Shown one piece after another: positions 51,295 through 62,929 of a stretch of 64,000 bases of DNA (position 1 is its first letter; each line of letters opens with the position of its first letter). Source of the stretch: Squalus acanthias. Taxonomy: Eukaryota. The stretch spans positions 7,192,001 to 7,256,000 of the forward strand of contig CM059452.1 in NCBI GenBank assembly GCA_030390025.1, written 5' to 3'. The position numbers and the translations under genes are program-made. The notes beneath the pieces are model-generated. The model was not told the origin of the DNA. It searched no databases and saw only the letters and a program-made list of their open reading frames with translations.

Positions 51295-52957
51295 TATATC
51301 TTTATATACAACGCTTTGTATGTGCTCTTTTCAGTGTTCTTGTTAACCAGATGATAGTTGTGCACTTGGTATCATTAGGAACCTGTGGCAGCCCATCAGA
51401 CGGTGCTGACAGATCACCGTTCCAGGCTCTGTCTAGCACAATCAGTGAGTGATGCGAAAGCTTTAAAGAAAATACTATGTAATATAAAGAGAGACAGGGC
51501 CCAGTGCAATATAAACAGAGAAATGTTCTAGTTCAGTAATAACTGAGACAGGTTCTAGTGTAATATAAACAGAGACATGATCTTGAGTAGTAATAACTGA
51601 GACATGGCCCAGTGTAATATAAACAGAGACATGGCCTAGAGTAGTAATAATTGTGACAGGGCCTTGTGTAAGATAAACAGAGACATATTTGCGTAGTAAT
51701 AACTGAGACAGGGTCTTGTGGAATATAAAATGAAACATAGGCTAGTGCAGTAATAACTGAGACAGGGCCGTGTGTAATATTAACACAGACATGGTACAGT
51801 ATTGTGTAACTGAGACATGGTCCCGTGTAATATAAGAGTGGCATTTTCTACTGTAATAATAAATGAGACGGGGCCTAGTGTAATATAAACAGAGACAGGG
51901 TCTAGTGCAATGATAACTGAGACATTGCTCAGCTCTTTAACCATTGAGTACAGACAGGCACTGAGCTGATTCATCGAGAGAAGCCTCACTCACCTGCACA
52001 GATACATTGCTCAGATCTGTAACGTTTGAGACCAGACAAGCCTTGAACTGCTCTACTGTGTCGGTCCTCACTCACCTGCACAGATACATTGCTCAGATAT
52101 TTAAGCATCGAGAGCAGACAGGGATATGCTGATACCCCATGGGGGGCCTCACTCAGCTGCACAGGTACATTGCTGTGATTTTCCTTTCCTTTAATCGTTT
52201 CCATTGTTCTATTTCTTAATTGTAACCTGCTGTTTGTTTTTCTGTTCCTTCTCTGTTTTATACCTTAATGCTCGGTTCTCCCCATCTCCCCCATTCCCTT
52301 CAAAACAACCAGATTCCCCCTTTCCCATGTATTCTGGTGACACCTTGCAGTAAGCAGTCTGTGTGACGTGAGTCCGCAGTCTGTGTGACGTCAGTCTGCA
52401 GTCTGTATGACGTCAGTCTGCATTGTATGTGTGTGACGTCAGTCCGTGAATTGTCAGTCTGTGTGGCGTCACTCTGCAGTCTGTGTGAAGTCAGTCTGCA
52501 TTCTGTGCGACGTGCTGTCGGCCATGTTTGGTTGAGGTGCCATGGGCCATTTGGAGTGACCTGTCGTGGGCCACATTTGAGTGACGTGCCATCGGCCATA
52601 TTTGAGTGACGTAAAGTCGGCCATGTTTGAGTGATGTGATATCGGCGATATTTGGGTGACGTTTGAATGTCAGCAACCTCCTTCTCGGAGCTGACCTGAA
52701 TATGGATCCATGATTTAAGGGAAAAGAACTGATCAGAAACAGAAAAGACGGTTCATTCTGTGATCGATCTTTCGGGCCGATTGGATTCTGCAGTTTGTTT
52801 TCTCGGCCGCTCCTGGAACAAGTTGGGTGAGAGTTTGATCCGAGGTTAATTTGGTTTCCTCTCGGTGTGTGTTTGAGCGCCTGCACATTGTGGCTGCATC
52901 TGCCCGCGATTCCACACAACCCCAACAGACAGGAGCTCCGCCCTACAGTCCAATGGC

Positions 52958-53463
52958 AGTTTTTGTACGGGGGTGAGACTGCTTTCCATCACTGTGAGTC
53001 CCAGAGAAAGCGCAGTAATACACGGCAGCGTCAGTCAGCTGCAGCCCGGAGATGGTTAAACTGGTGAATTTAGTCGAGGTCTGGAGCTCAGCAGAGAAAC
53101 GGGTTTTAGCAAAATCAGCTTTATCTTCACCACTGATCGAGCCTTTCCACAGTATAAACTCGGGCTGTGTGTCTGGGTGCTGCCGGTACCAGTATATATG
53201 ATAGCCGCTCTGTGTAGTATCATAGGTACAGCTTAAAGTCACCGCTTCTCCTTCTGTCTTAACTCCTGGGGACAGCGGCTGAGTGACAGAATCTCCAAGA
53301 CTCAGATCTGAAAAACATGTCCAAACAGGAAAATATCAGAGCGGCAGGTGTTTAAAATTCAGATTCAAAACATATAGAATTGAGAGAAAAGATGAAATGA
53401 GTTTTTACCACAATTACCTGTCAGAAATGCCCCCCACACAGCCCAGATGCTGAGTAGCCGCAT
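52958..53463 (-). CDS. TCR alpha/delta-type V, intact (leader 53418-53463, V exon 52997-53307, 23-RSS 52958-52996)
   Basis: Paralog of the 45.9-kb V; DAAVYYCAFSGT; CACAGTG-23-ACAAAAACT. Confidence 0.9.
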
Positions 53464-55218
53464 TGTCGCTGACCGCTCTGTAAAAGTGGGGTTGGATATT
53501 TGAAGACACCCGTTCTAATCCCCGCCCTCAATAATCTGCTGTCGTGTCTCAGGATGCTCTCACCTCACTTCCTGGTGTCCCCAGTGCTGCTGTGAGACCG
53601 GTAGGTGGTGAGCTGGCTGCCAGTGAATGGAAACACCCCGAGCTGGGCTACAGTCAGTGTCCTTATAGGGGAAGGGTTCCGCTTTTAGAGACTGGGGGTG
53701 GAATGGAGCTCTTTTCTGGTTATTGTGACCGGGAAGCTCAGGATTGTTAATGGATTTGGTTTATTCCGGGGTCAATTCTATCTCCAGAATTCCGTTAGTT
53801 TTACCGTCAGGCCACCGGTAACCGTGACTCCAGTGAGCTTTCCCTTACACATTTCATCTATTCTCTAATTTTCCAAACATGGTTTGAATCGAGTGAACTA
53901 ACAATGATTCCTTATTTTATCGGAGTGATTTATAGATCCGTGATATTAGAACGATGACATCTGCTGTTACTGAACAAGCAATTGAACAGATATAAAGAAT
54001 AAACTCTCCCTGTAATTTGAACAACGTTTCCAGCACCGTCCTCCTCTGTGGTTTGCGTTTAAAATGTTTTTAATTATATTATGCAAGATGTGACCTCTTT
54101 GTGCCTGTAATGATTAATTTAAGGATCCATCATTATCAGATTTCGGATTTGCAATCAGAGAGAATGGAGGGAGCGGCGCCTTTCAGCAATTTACCGCTAA
54201 TCTGCTTTAAAGTGCCCGGGAGCAGAGCGCGGGGAGCGGATTGAAACCCCCCAGGGTGAGGTGTCGGGCGGAATCTCGTTAACAAGAGCTCAACACCAGC
54301 AGGACATGAAAAACTGTCCTTTCAACTTTCACTCATATTAGAAAAGGATGTGGCGCCGGAAAAGAAACAATACAGGCGGTTTCGGTTTGTCTTTCGCTCC
54401 TTTAACATCGATCTCCACCATCGGTACAGTTAATGGCTTCAGAAATCAGATCTCAGGCTGTGTTTTTCACTCGCATTTTAATATTCCTTTCCCCATCTTC
54501 CACACCCTTCCACTCTCTTGCCCTGCCCACTGGTTAATATCAGAATTCAATCTTTCGATATGAAGGATGTCTTTTTGTGATGCTTATTGCCCGATGTACC
54601 GACCCAGCCCATTGTGGATTTCAAATATTAATCGTCAAATCATTCCAAAATTGACACAACTGTTGGAGAAACAGCTTTTAACTCACTGCCCGTGACTGAA
54701 CCAAAAAAAGGAATATTGTGACCTGATGCCCTCTGGTGGACATTCTGAAATGTGTTCAGATGTCGGTGGACAGGGTGTGAGGAATCCTGTGTGTATTCAC
54801 TGACCTGATGCAGTTCCTGGTTATGGGAATCTGGGTTGGAGCAGTTCTGAAAAATATGCCGAGCAGCAGCAAACGTTTAACATCGTTAAACGAGAGACTG
54901 GAAGAAGAGAGTTCATAGGATTATGGGTAAAGAGTGGAGACAGGGGATGAGAAAGGACAGGCAGGCACGGAAAGGGCATCCAAAGACAGCAAGGTGTGTT
55001 CGGGCACTAGAGATGGATTCGTAAAGTTCATTTTTATTATTTTGAAATCACCAACTAATATAATTCTGCCAGTGGACCTCACCTTTTCATGTGGAGGGTT
55101 GTGCTTCTTGCCCTTTTAAGAATCTCCCTGTGACTCTCACTGTGGAGGCTGAATTATCGCTTCTGTTTATCGGTGTGAGAGCGCCCTCTGGTGAGCACTA
55201 ACTGGAACTCTCAGTGTG

Positions 55219-55732
55219 GGTTTTTGTACGGGATCCGCTATATCTCTGCAGCAGTGTGGGGCTCATGGCACAGAAATACACGGCGGTGTCGGAGATCAGG
55301 GCGTTGCTGAGCGTTAGCTCGTTAATCTTGCTGGTTTTATTAAACGTAGAAGAGAATCGGTCAGTGAAATCGGGGTTCCTGTTTACCATCCCTGCATAGA
55401 GATAAAACACGTACTGTGGAGGCTGCCCGGGGTGCTGACTGTACCAGAACACAGAAGGTTAGTAGTGCTTGTTTTCAAGGTGCAGTTTAGTGTGACATTA
55501 CTTTCCTGTTCAACGTCATTTCAGGGACCGGCTGTTCCACTGTGTCTTGGTGACTCCATTCTAAAATAAAATAAGAGTAATAGTCACCATCATCATCATC
55601 ACCATCAGGATCATTTAGCTAATTATCACAGCTGGGTTATAGCAGTCAGGCGCTGAATGGATTTTAACTGGGGAGGAAATACTTACTGAGAAGTGATATA
55701 ATGATGAGGAGCGGTGCGAGACGGTTCCACAT
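55219..55732 (-). pseudogene. TCR V with two 1-nt deletions (paralog of the 35-kb V)
   Basis: Leader 55687-55732; frameshifts in FR1 and CDR1; RSS CACACTG-24-ACAAAAACC. Confidence 0.85.
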
Positions 55733-56522
55733 GACGCTCCCTGAGTCTGTAATTCTGCAGTCCGGGAAATCCTCTGTGGGAGCAGAAATACAGATCCCCG
55801 CCCCACTGCACTGCAGATCCAACCAATGCCAAAGAAGGAACAGAGGCTGTAATCTCTCCAATAACAGAAGGCGGGTCAGATCGAGAGCAGCAAACGGAAG
55901 CTGTGGGCGGGGCTGCCGCAGGCAGTGTGACCGCAAGATTTGTCTCTATAATTTCCAGTTGATAACGGCCGGAAACATGTGACCACGGCGCCATCTGGCG
56001 GTCACTTTGAGAGCATTACACTGTCAGGATAATAGATTGAGTCAAGTGTGAGTTTATCTATGGCGCAGTTTCCAGCGTCCGGGTTTTGGGAGAGGCGGTT
56101 CAGACAAGTTAACTGTGAAATAGGTGAAAGGGTAATATGAGTGAGCTTAAAGGAAAGGGCATTTTACGTTATTTCTGAATCTCTTACTTTATGGATTTCT
56201 CTTACTTTTTAGATTTGTGTTTCTCACTTGTTATTTCTCACCTTCTTTCATTTCTCTTTCCCTCCTTTCCTAATTTGCTGTCGGCTGCACATATTATTAC
56301 ATTGATTTGTCTCTTTCTCTCATTCTTTCTTTGGTGCTTTCGCTTTGTTTTCCTCTGACTGTGTTTCAAAATCACTTCATTTCAGAATTTCTTTACATTT
56401 CTCTCTTCTATATTTCCTATTATTTTTCTGTGCTCATTCCCTCTGCCCTCCGATTATTATAACCGGGCCCCTCCCAATCCCGTTACTCCAAACACAGCAG
56501 AGCGGCGCTCCCCCTCGGGGCA

Positions 56523-56895
56523 GGTTTCTGTGCGGACTCTCCGCCTGTTTGTTACACTGTGGGCTCACGGCGCAGCGATAGGTGGCGCTGTCTGTCACTC
56601 GCGCGTCTCTCACAGTCAGGGCACTGAGTTTATTGCCTCCCCCGATTGAAGCAGTGATCCTCCCGTGTTGATCGGTCCCGCTTGTGGCCATCACCAGATG
56701 CTGGAGGGTCTGATCCGGGTTCTGTCTGTACCAGTGCAGGACGGTAAACGCAGCGGTAGCGGAGCAGTTGATGGACACGATTCACTCTTCACTTACAACC
56801 ACCCGCCGAGGGAGCTGCTCCACCTCATCTTCACCGCTCACATCCGTGCAGATCAGAGTGTAAATCAGCAGGGAAACTCTGTAAATCCGGAGCAT
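56523..56895 (-). pseudogene. Intronless leader+V TCR segment with in-frame TGA (56782-56784); 23-RSS 56523-56561
   Basis: MLRIYRVSLLIYTLICTDVSGEDEVEQLP..SEE*IVSINCS..DSATYRCAVS. Confidence 0.85.
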
Positions 56896-57986
56896 TATCC
56901 GATCAGATGAAGAGGAGGCTGAAAGAATTGTTCACAGAGGTCGGGTTAGAACTAGGACACGGATATTATATTCAGGGTAATTAACAAAGAGACAAACTCT
57001 CGCTTCTTGTCCAACGCAGAGGTTTCTTCCCGTCGAACTAACGAAACAAGCTGTATCTCTGGGTTTATCCACACCGGGCCGCCCACTCAGTCCTGGGTTT
57101 ACCCAGCCCGGGCCGCTCACAATCAGTGTTTCTCACTGACACCAGCTCACACTGTCTCTGAGCTCACACCGGGCCGCTCACACTCAGTGTTTCTCACTGA
57201 CACCAGCTCACACTATCCCTGAGCTCACACCGGGCCGTCCACACTCAGTGTTTCTCACTGACACCAGCTCACACTTTATCTGAGCTCTCAGCGGGTCGCC
57301 CACACTCAGTGTTTCTCACTGACACCAGCTCACGCTGTCTCTGAGCTCACACCGGGCCGCCCACACTCAGTGTTTCTCACTGACAGCAGCTCACATTGTT
57401 AATGGTGAGCCCTATTTTAGACATATTATTCGGTATCTTTTAAACACAATCTGAGAAACTATTAAACAGCAAAGTTGGTTCACACCGCCCCCTTGTGGCT
57501 GTTGGCTGATTCACATTTCAACTTTCCGTGCAATGAATGTAACGTGAATTGGTCTGTCTGGACACCGCGAGGTTTATTTTGGGCCGTTTTTACGTGTCGT
57601 GTGAAATACAGAATGGAGACACTCTTCAGGAATTCATTCTCAAAGAATCTTCATATATTAAAACACAAAAAAGGTGATTAAGCCCATCAAGCCTTCACTT
57701 CCATTCTCGCTCCATGCTCTTTAATAATTCTCTCAGTACCTAATATGCATCTTTATAAAAGAATAATTGATGGAATCTGCGTCACTAACAGTGTCTGGCA
57801 GAGAATTCCACCTTCTCACCTCCCTTAAATAAGAACCTTTTTGAAGAATGAACTTCAGTCCGAAGGTTTTTTCCCACTGTTCCCTGTTTGGCATTGGTTG
57901 GATCAGCAGTGCAGTGGGGCGGGATCTGTATTTCTGCTCCGACAGAGGATTTCCCGGACTGCAGAGTTACAGACTCAGAGAGCATC

Positions 57987-58483
57987 ATGCGGATCCCTCT
58001 CGAAACGCTCCTCGTCATTATATCACTTCTCAGTAAGTATTTCCTTCCCAGTGAAATGCCATTCTCCACCTGACTGCTGTAAACCAGATGTTAACGTGGT
58101 AAAATGCTGTTGATGATGATGAATATTACTATTATTTTATGTTAGAATGGAGCCACCAAGACACAATAGAACAGCCTGTCCCTGACGGTTGAAGAGGAAA
58201 GTAACGTCACACTAACCTGCACCTTGAAAACAGTCTATGCTAACCCTTTTGTGTTCTGGTGCAGTCACCACCCCGGACAAACTCCACTGTACGTAGTTTA
58301 TCACTATGTAGGGATAGTTAACCGGGGCCCGGCTTCACTGACAGATTCTCTTCTACATTCAATCAAACAACCAAGATTACCGAGCTAACGATCAGCAATG
58401 CCTTGATCTCAGACACTGCCGTGTATTCCTGTGCCATGAGCCACAGACTGCTGCAGAGATACAGCGGATCCCGTACAAAATAC
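57987..58483 (+). pseudogene. TCR V pseudogene of the 35-kb family
   Basis: Leader 57987-58032, exon from 58146, 5-nt deletion gives an early TGA; degenerate RSS. Confidence 0.82.
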
Positions 58484-58619
58484 CACATTGAGAGTTCCAG
58501 TTAGTGCTCACCAGAGGGCGCTCTCACACCGATAAACAGAAGCGACAATTCCGCCTCCAAAGTTGGAGAGACAGAGATCTTCTTAAAAGCCCGACAAAAC
58601 ACAGCACGCAACAAGATTG

Positions 58620-59852
58620 CAGCCTCATTACAGCTTTGGTCCAAACATGGACAAAATAGCTGAATTCCAGAGATGAGGTGAGAGTGACTGCCCTTGACAT
58701 CAAGGCAGCATTTGACCGAATGTGGCATGAAGGAACCCTAGTAAATTTGGAGTCAATGGGAATCGGAGGGAATTTTCTCCACTGGCTGGAGTCATACCTA
58801 GCACAAAGGAAGATGGTTGTGGTTGTTGGAGGTCAATCATCTCAGCCCCAGGACATCGCTGCAGGAATTCCTCGGGGCAGCGTCCTAGGCCCAACCTTCT
58901 TCAGCTGCTTCATCAATGACCTTCCCTCCATCATAAGGTCAGAATTGGGGATATTCGCTGATGATTGTACAGTGATCAGTACCATTTGCAACTCCTCAGA
59001 TAATGAAACAGTCCATACCTGCATGCGGCAAGACCTGGACGACATTTAGGCTTTGGCTGATAAATGGCAAGTAATATTCGCACCACACAAGTACCGGGAA
59101 ATGATTATCTCCAACAAGCGAGAGTCTAACCCCCTCCGCTTGACATTTAACGGCATTGCCATCGCCGCATCCCCCACCATGAACATCTTGGGGGGTTCAC
59201 CAATGGCCAGAAACTTAACTGGACCAGCAACATAAATACAACAAGAGCGGGTCAGCGGGTCGGTATTCAGCGGGCAGGTATTCTCCTGTCTCCCCAAAGC
59301 TTTTCCACCACCTACAAGGCACAAGTCAGGAGTGTGATGGGATACTCTCCACTTGCCTGGATGAGTGCAACTCCAACAACACTCAAGAAGCTCGACACCA
59401 TCCAGGAAAAAGCAGCTCGCTTGATTGGCACCCCATCCACCACCTTAAACATTCACTCCCTCCACCACCGGCGTACCGTAGCTGCAGTGTGTACCATCTA
59501 CAAGATGCACTGCACCAACTCACCAAGGCTTCTTCGGCAGCACTTCTCAAATCCGCGACCTCTACTACCTAGAAGGACAAGGGCAGCAAGCTTATGGGAA
59601 TACCATCACCTGCAAGTTCCCCTGCAAGTTAGACACCATCCTGACTTGGAAGTATATTGCCGTTTCTTCATCGTCGCTGGGTCAAAATCCTGGAACTCCC
59701 TCCCTAACAGCACTGTGGGAGTACCTTCACCACACGGACTGCAGCGGTTCAAGAAGGCGGCTCACCACCACCTTCTCAAGGGCAATTAGGGATGGGCAAT
59801 AAATGCTGGCCTTGTCAGCGAAGCTCACATCCCGGAACGAATAATAAAAAAG
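58620..59852 (+). mobile_element. Non-LTR retrotransposon 3' part (RT) with A-rich tail
   Basis: ALDIKAAFDRMWH, GSVLGP, FADD, WNSLP; GGGCAATAAATGCTGGCC tail. Confidence 0.9.
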
Positions 59853-60471
59853 ATCCAATTCAGGAATTATATTAGCTTGTGCTTTCATCTCGCATTTATA
59901 ACAAAACTTAACTCCCCTTTACTCTTTCGACCCCTTTCCGTGCCTGCATGCAATATTGTGCAGCCCTTTACACATCTCCACTGTCAGTTTCCCGGAGCCT
60001 TTCTTCGCGGCCTGTACACAGGCTTTATTTGATCAGAGTATGTTGCGAGATCACAGACAGTTTATACACAATGAACACATTTCACAAGGTAGTGATTTTA
60101 CTCTTTTAAAACAGGCCCCAAGCACAGAGTTCCCCCAATGCCCATTGTCCTTCAGAATGTCTCTTTAATGCTGGAATGTTTTCTGTCACCATTAATAATC
60201 GCTGAGCTTCCGGTTACAATAACCAGACAAGAGTTTCATTTCCACCCCAGTCTCTAAAAGCGGAAGCATTCCTCTATAAGGACACTAACTGTAGCCCAGC
60301 TCCGGGTGTTTCCATTCACTGGCAGCCAGCTCACCACCTACCGGTCTCACAGCACCACTGGGGATACCAGCAAGTGAGGTGAGAGCAACCTGAGACACGA
60401 CAGCAGATTATTGAGGGCGGGGATTAGAAGGGGTTTCTTCAAATATCAAATTTACAGAGTGGACAACGACA

Positions 60472-60518
60472 ATGCGGCTACTCAGCATCTGAATTGTTTT
60501 GGGGGCATTTCTGACAGG
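60472..60518 (+). pseudogene. Orphan defective leader (24.4-kb family); V exon replaced by an L2-like fragment (60565-60905)
   Basis: ATGCGGCTACTCAGCATCTGA..ACAG|GTAATC; promoter 59930-60470 parallels 23835-24380. Confidence 0.7.
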
Positions 60519-61087
60519 TAATCGAGGAACAAACACATTTCATCTTTTCTTTAATCTCCAAAAACTGAATTGGAGGCGCACAGAGATCTCGGAGGGTTGT
60601 GGGGCTGGAGGCAGTTACAGAAATAGGGAGGGGCGAGGCCATGGAGTGGGATTTGTATACACGGAAGAGAATATTGAAATCGATGCATTGCCTTACTGGG
60701 AGCCAAAGAAGGTCAGCGAGCACAGGGGTGATGGGCGAACGGGACTCGGAGCGAGTTACGATACGGGCAGGAGAGTTTTGAATGAGCTCAAGTTTACGGG
60801 TGGTGTAAGGTGGCAGGCCGGCCAGTCGAGCATTGGAATAGTCGAGTCTAGAGGTAACAAGGACGAGGGTTTCAGCGGAAGGTGAGCTGTGGTAGGGGCG
60901 GAGTTAAAATGCTACCCAGTTAAAGCATTCGGTTCATTTTACCAGGAATAGATTTGCACGAGATACTCCCACACCTTCTGTTATACCTTCCAGTCGAACA
61001 GTTTCTTACTTTACTCAGTATAACAGATTGCAACAGGAAATAGAACTGCTGTTCCAAGGGGTTATTTGTGAAGATATAATTGAGCCC

Positions 61088-61567
61088 ATGTCGTACCGTC
61101 ACCTCGTTATATTGTGCCTGCTGTTCGGTAAGTATGACCATGCATTGTGTCTGTGCACCAATGTGATGTTAATAGACTTTCTATCTCAGTATTGTATTCA
61201 ACCCTCAGTTAACTTTTATTTCAGGGGAGATTCAGGCAGATTCGGTGTCACAACCTCAGACCGCGCTCTATGTCACTAAAGGAGATGTTGTGAAAATAAA
61301 CTGTAGCTATACAATAAGCCACGATAACCCCGATTTGTACTGGTACCAGCAGTACACGAACCAGGCTCCGCGATTTATTTTGTACCGGGATAACAGCCAG
61401 GAAGACGAGGCGGATTTTGCCAAGGGAAGATTCAAGGCCGATCAGACCAACGCAGAAAAGAAGTTTCCTTTGACGATCACTCGAGCGGAAATCCAGGACA
61501 CCGCCGTATATTACTGCGGGCTGAGAATCACAGTGTTTTAAAACTCATCTGTCGCTGTACAAAAACC
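61088..61567 (+). CDS. TCR alpha/delta-type V, intact, consensus 23-RSS (leader 61088-61127, V exon 61225-61528)
   Basis: MSYRHLVILCLLF|GEIQADSVSQPQ..INCSY..YWYQQ..DTAVYYCGLR; CACAGTG-23-ACAAAAACC. Confidence 0.93.
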
Positions 61568-61829
61568 TCAGTGAAATAAAACTGCCGCAGACGGTGCCTC
61601 CAGTTCAAGGGAACATATCAGGCAGTGTCAGCCGTGTCTCAGCGAGTAAGATTTTTTGCCTCTGAGTCAGAAGGTTGTTGGGTTCAATTCCCACTCCAGA
61701 CAATTGAGCCCATAATCCAGGCTAACAATCGCAGTGGCCGTACTGATCTTACTTCACAACTTTGCTTGTAGGAATTTATATTGAGTGATTAGCCGATATA
61801 AACATTTTACTCGGTTGGTGGAGGACCCA

Positions 61830-62330
61830 CTTCAGAGACGCTGCCTGACACCCCGGGGTCACAGCCCTGAGTCAGAGGTCACAGGCTGCACCAACTGGGG
61901 CTCTTTAGCGCTCAGCGGAGGCGCGTGACGCCCTGACCCTGAATCAATGGGAGAAACAGCCAATCACGGTGATGTGACGTGCGGAAAAGATTGTGGCGTC
62001 ATCCACTGCGGGGCAAACCGTCGGCCACCTGTGTGTGACGTACAGTTGGCCATGTTTGTGTGACGTAATACTTTGCCCAAGTCTGCCGTTTATTTACACA
62101 AAACACCTCGATTAAAAGGAAAAGTGACTTCAGTTTGCACCAAATAACCGCCCCATCTTAATCCATAAAAGTGAAAGTTTGGCGCGCGAGAGACTTATAA
62201 AGTTGTCGTTAAAACGTTTGGTGACGTGCGCATGTGCGAAAAGTTCTCTCAGTGTGACAGATGGGGGCTTTTCTCTGCCTTTGTGAATTGTGGGAGCCGC
62301 AGCCCTCCATGGCCCAGTCATTAACCGAGT
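61830..62330 (+). promoter_or_regulatory. Promoter-like cassette, copy 3
   Basis: TGAGTCA, AGCCAATC, GTGACGT x3-4, TGCGCATGTGCG. Confidence 0.55.
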
Positions 62331-62929
62331 GAATTCGGCAAAAGATACATTTCTATGGTGAGAAAAACAATTCTTTACACAGAAGGCGGTGAAAATGTGG
62401 AATAACTGCATGAATTATTTTAATAGAGAAATTGGATCGGAGTCTCAAAAGAGGAACATTAAATGGTGTGAGGAGCGAGAGGAAAGTGCAGACATGATGG
62501 GCGTAATCACTTCCAGAAACTCACCGAGCCCGGAGTCAGCGGGAGACAGGGAACAGGACAGAGAGACGGGTATGTGATTAGAGCGGATCGCGGCCCCCGG
62601 TTAGAGTGGTGGGGTGGTGGGGGTGTTGGGGGAGATGGATTGAGGCAGACACAGAGTTTAAACACCATCTCCACCCATTCCCAAACTTCCTTCCACACCC
62701 TTCAGAAGGGTCGTAATTACTTCCCCCGTTTAACCAGATGTGCTATTCCACCACATGCCTGAACTCCAGAAGTTTAGATGAAAAGCAGCGCAGCACCTGA
62801 AGGAAAATGCCGGAAGAAACTCGGGTCTGATCAGAAACATCTGGATATGTTCCCAGGGCCGGGAGGCTCCGAAATAATCCGATGAGGCAGCGAATAACGT
62901 CTGAGAGACAGGGAGGTTAAGTGAGTTAT

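Noticed and set aside
22597-61567. IgHV, TAILV or NAR-TCR V-D-J units among the V segments
   Set aside because: No octamer promoter, no WVRQ/YYCAR-type IgHV signature, and no linked D-J seen; all resemble TCR alpha/delta V.
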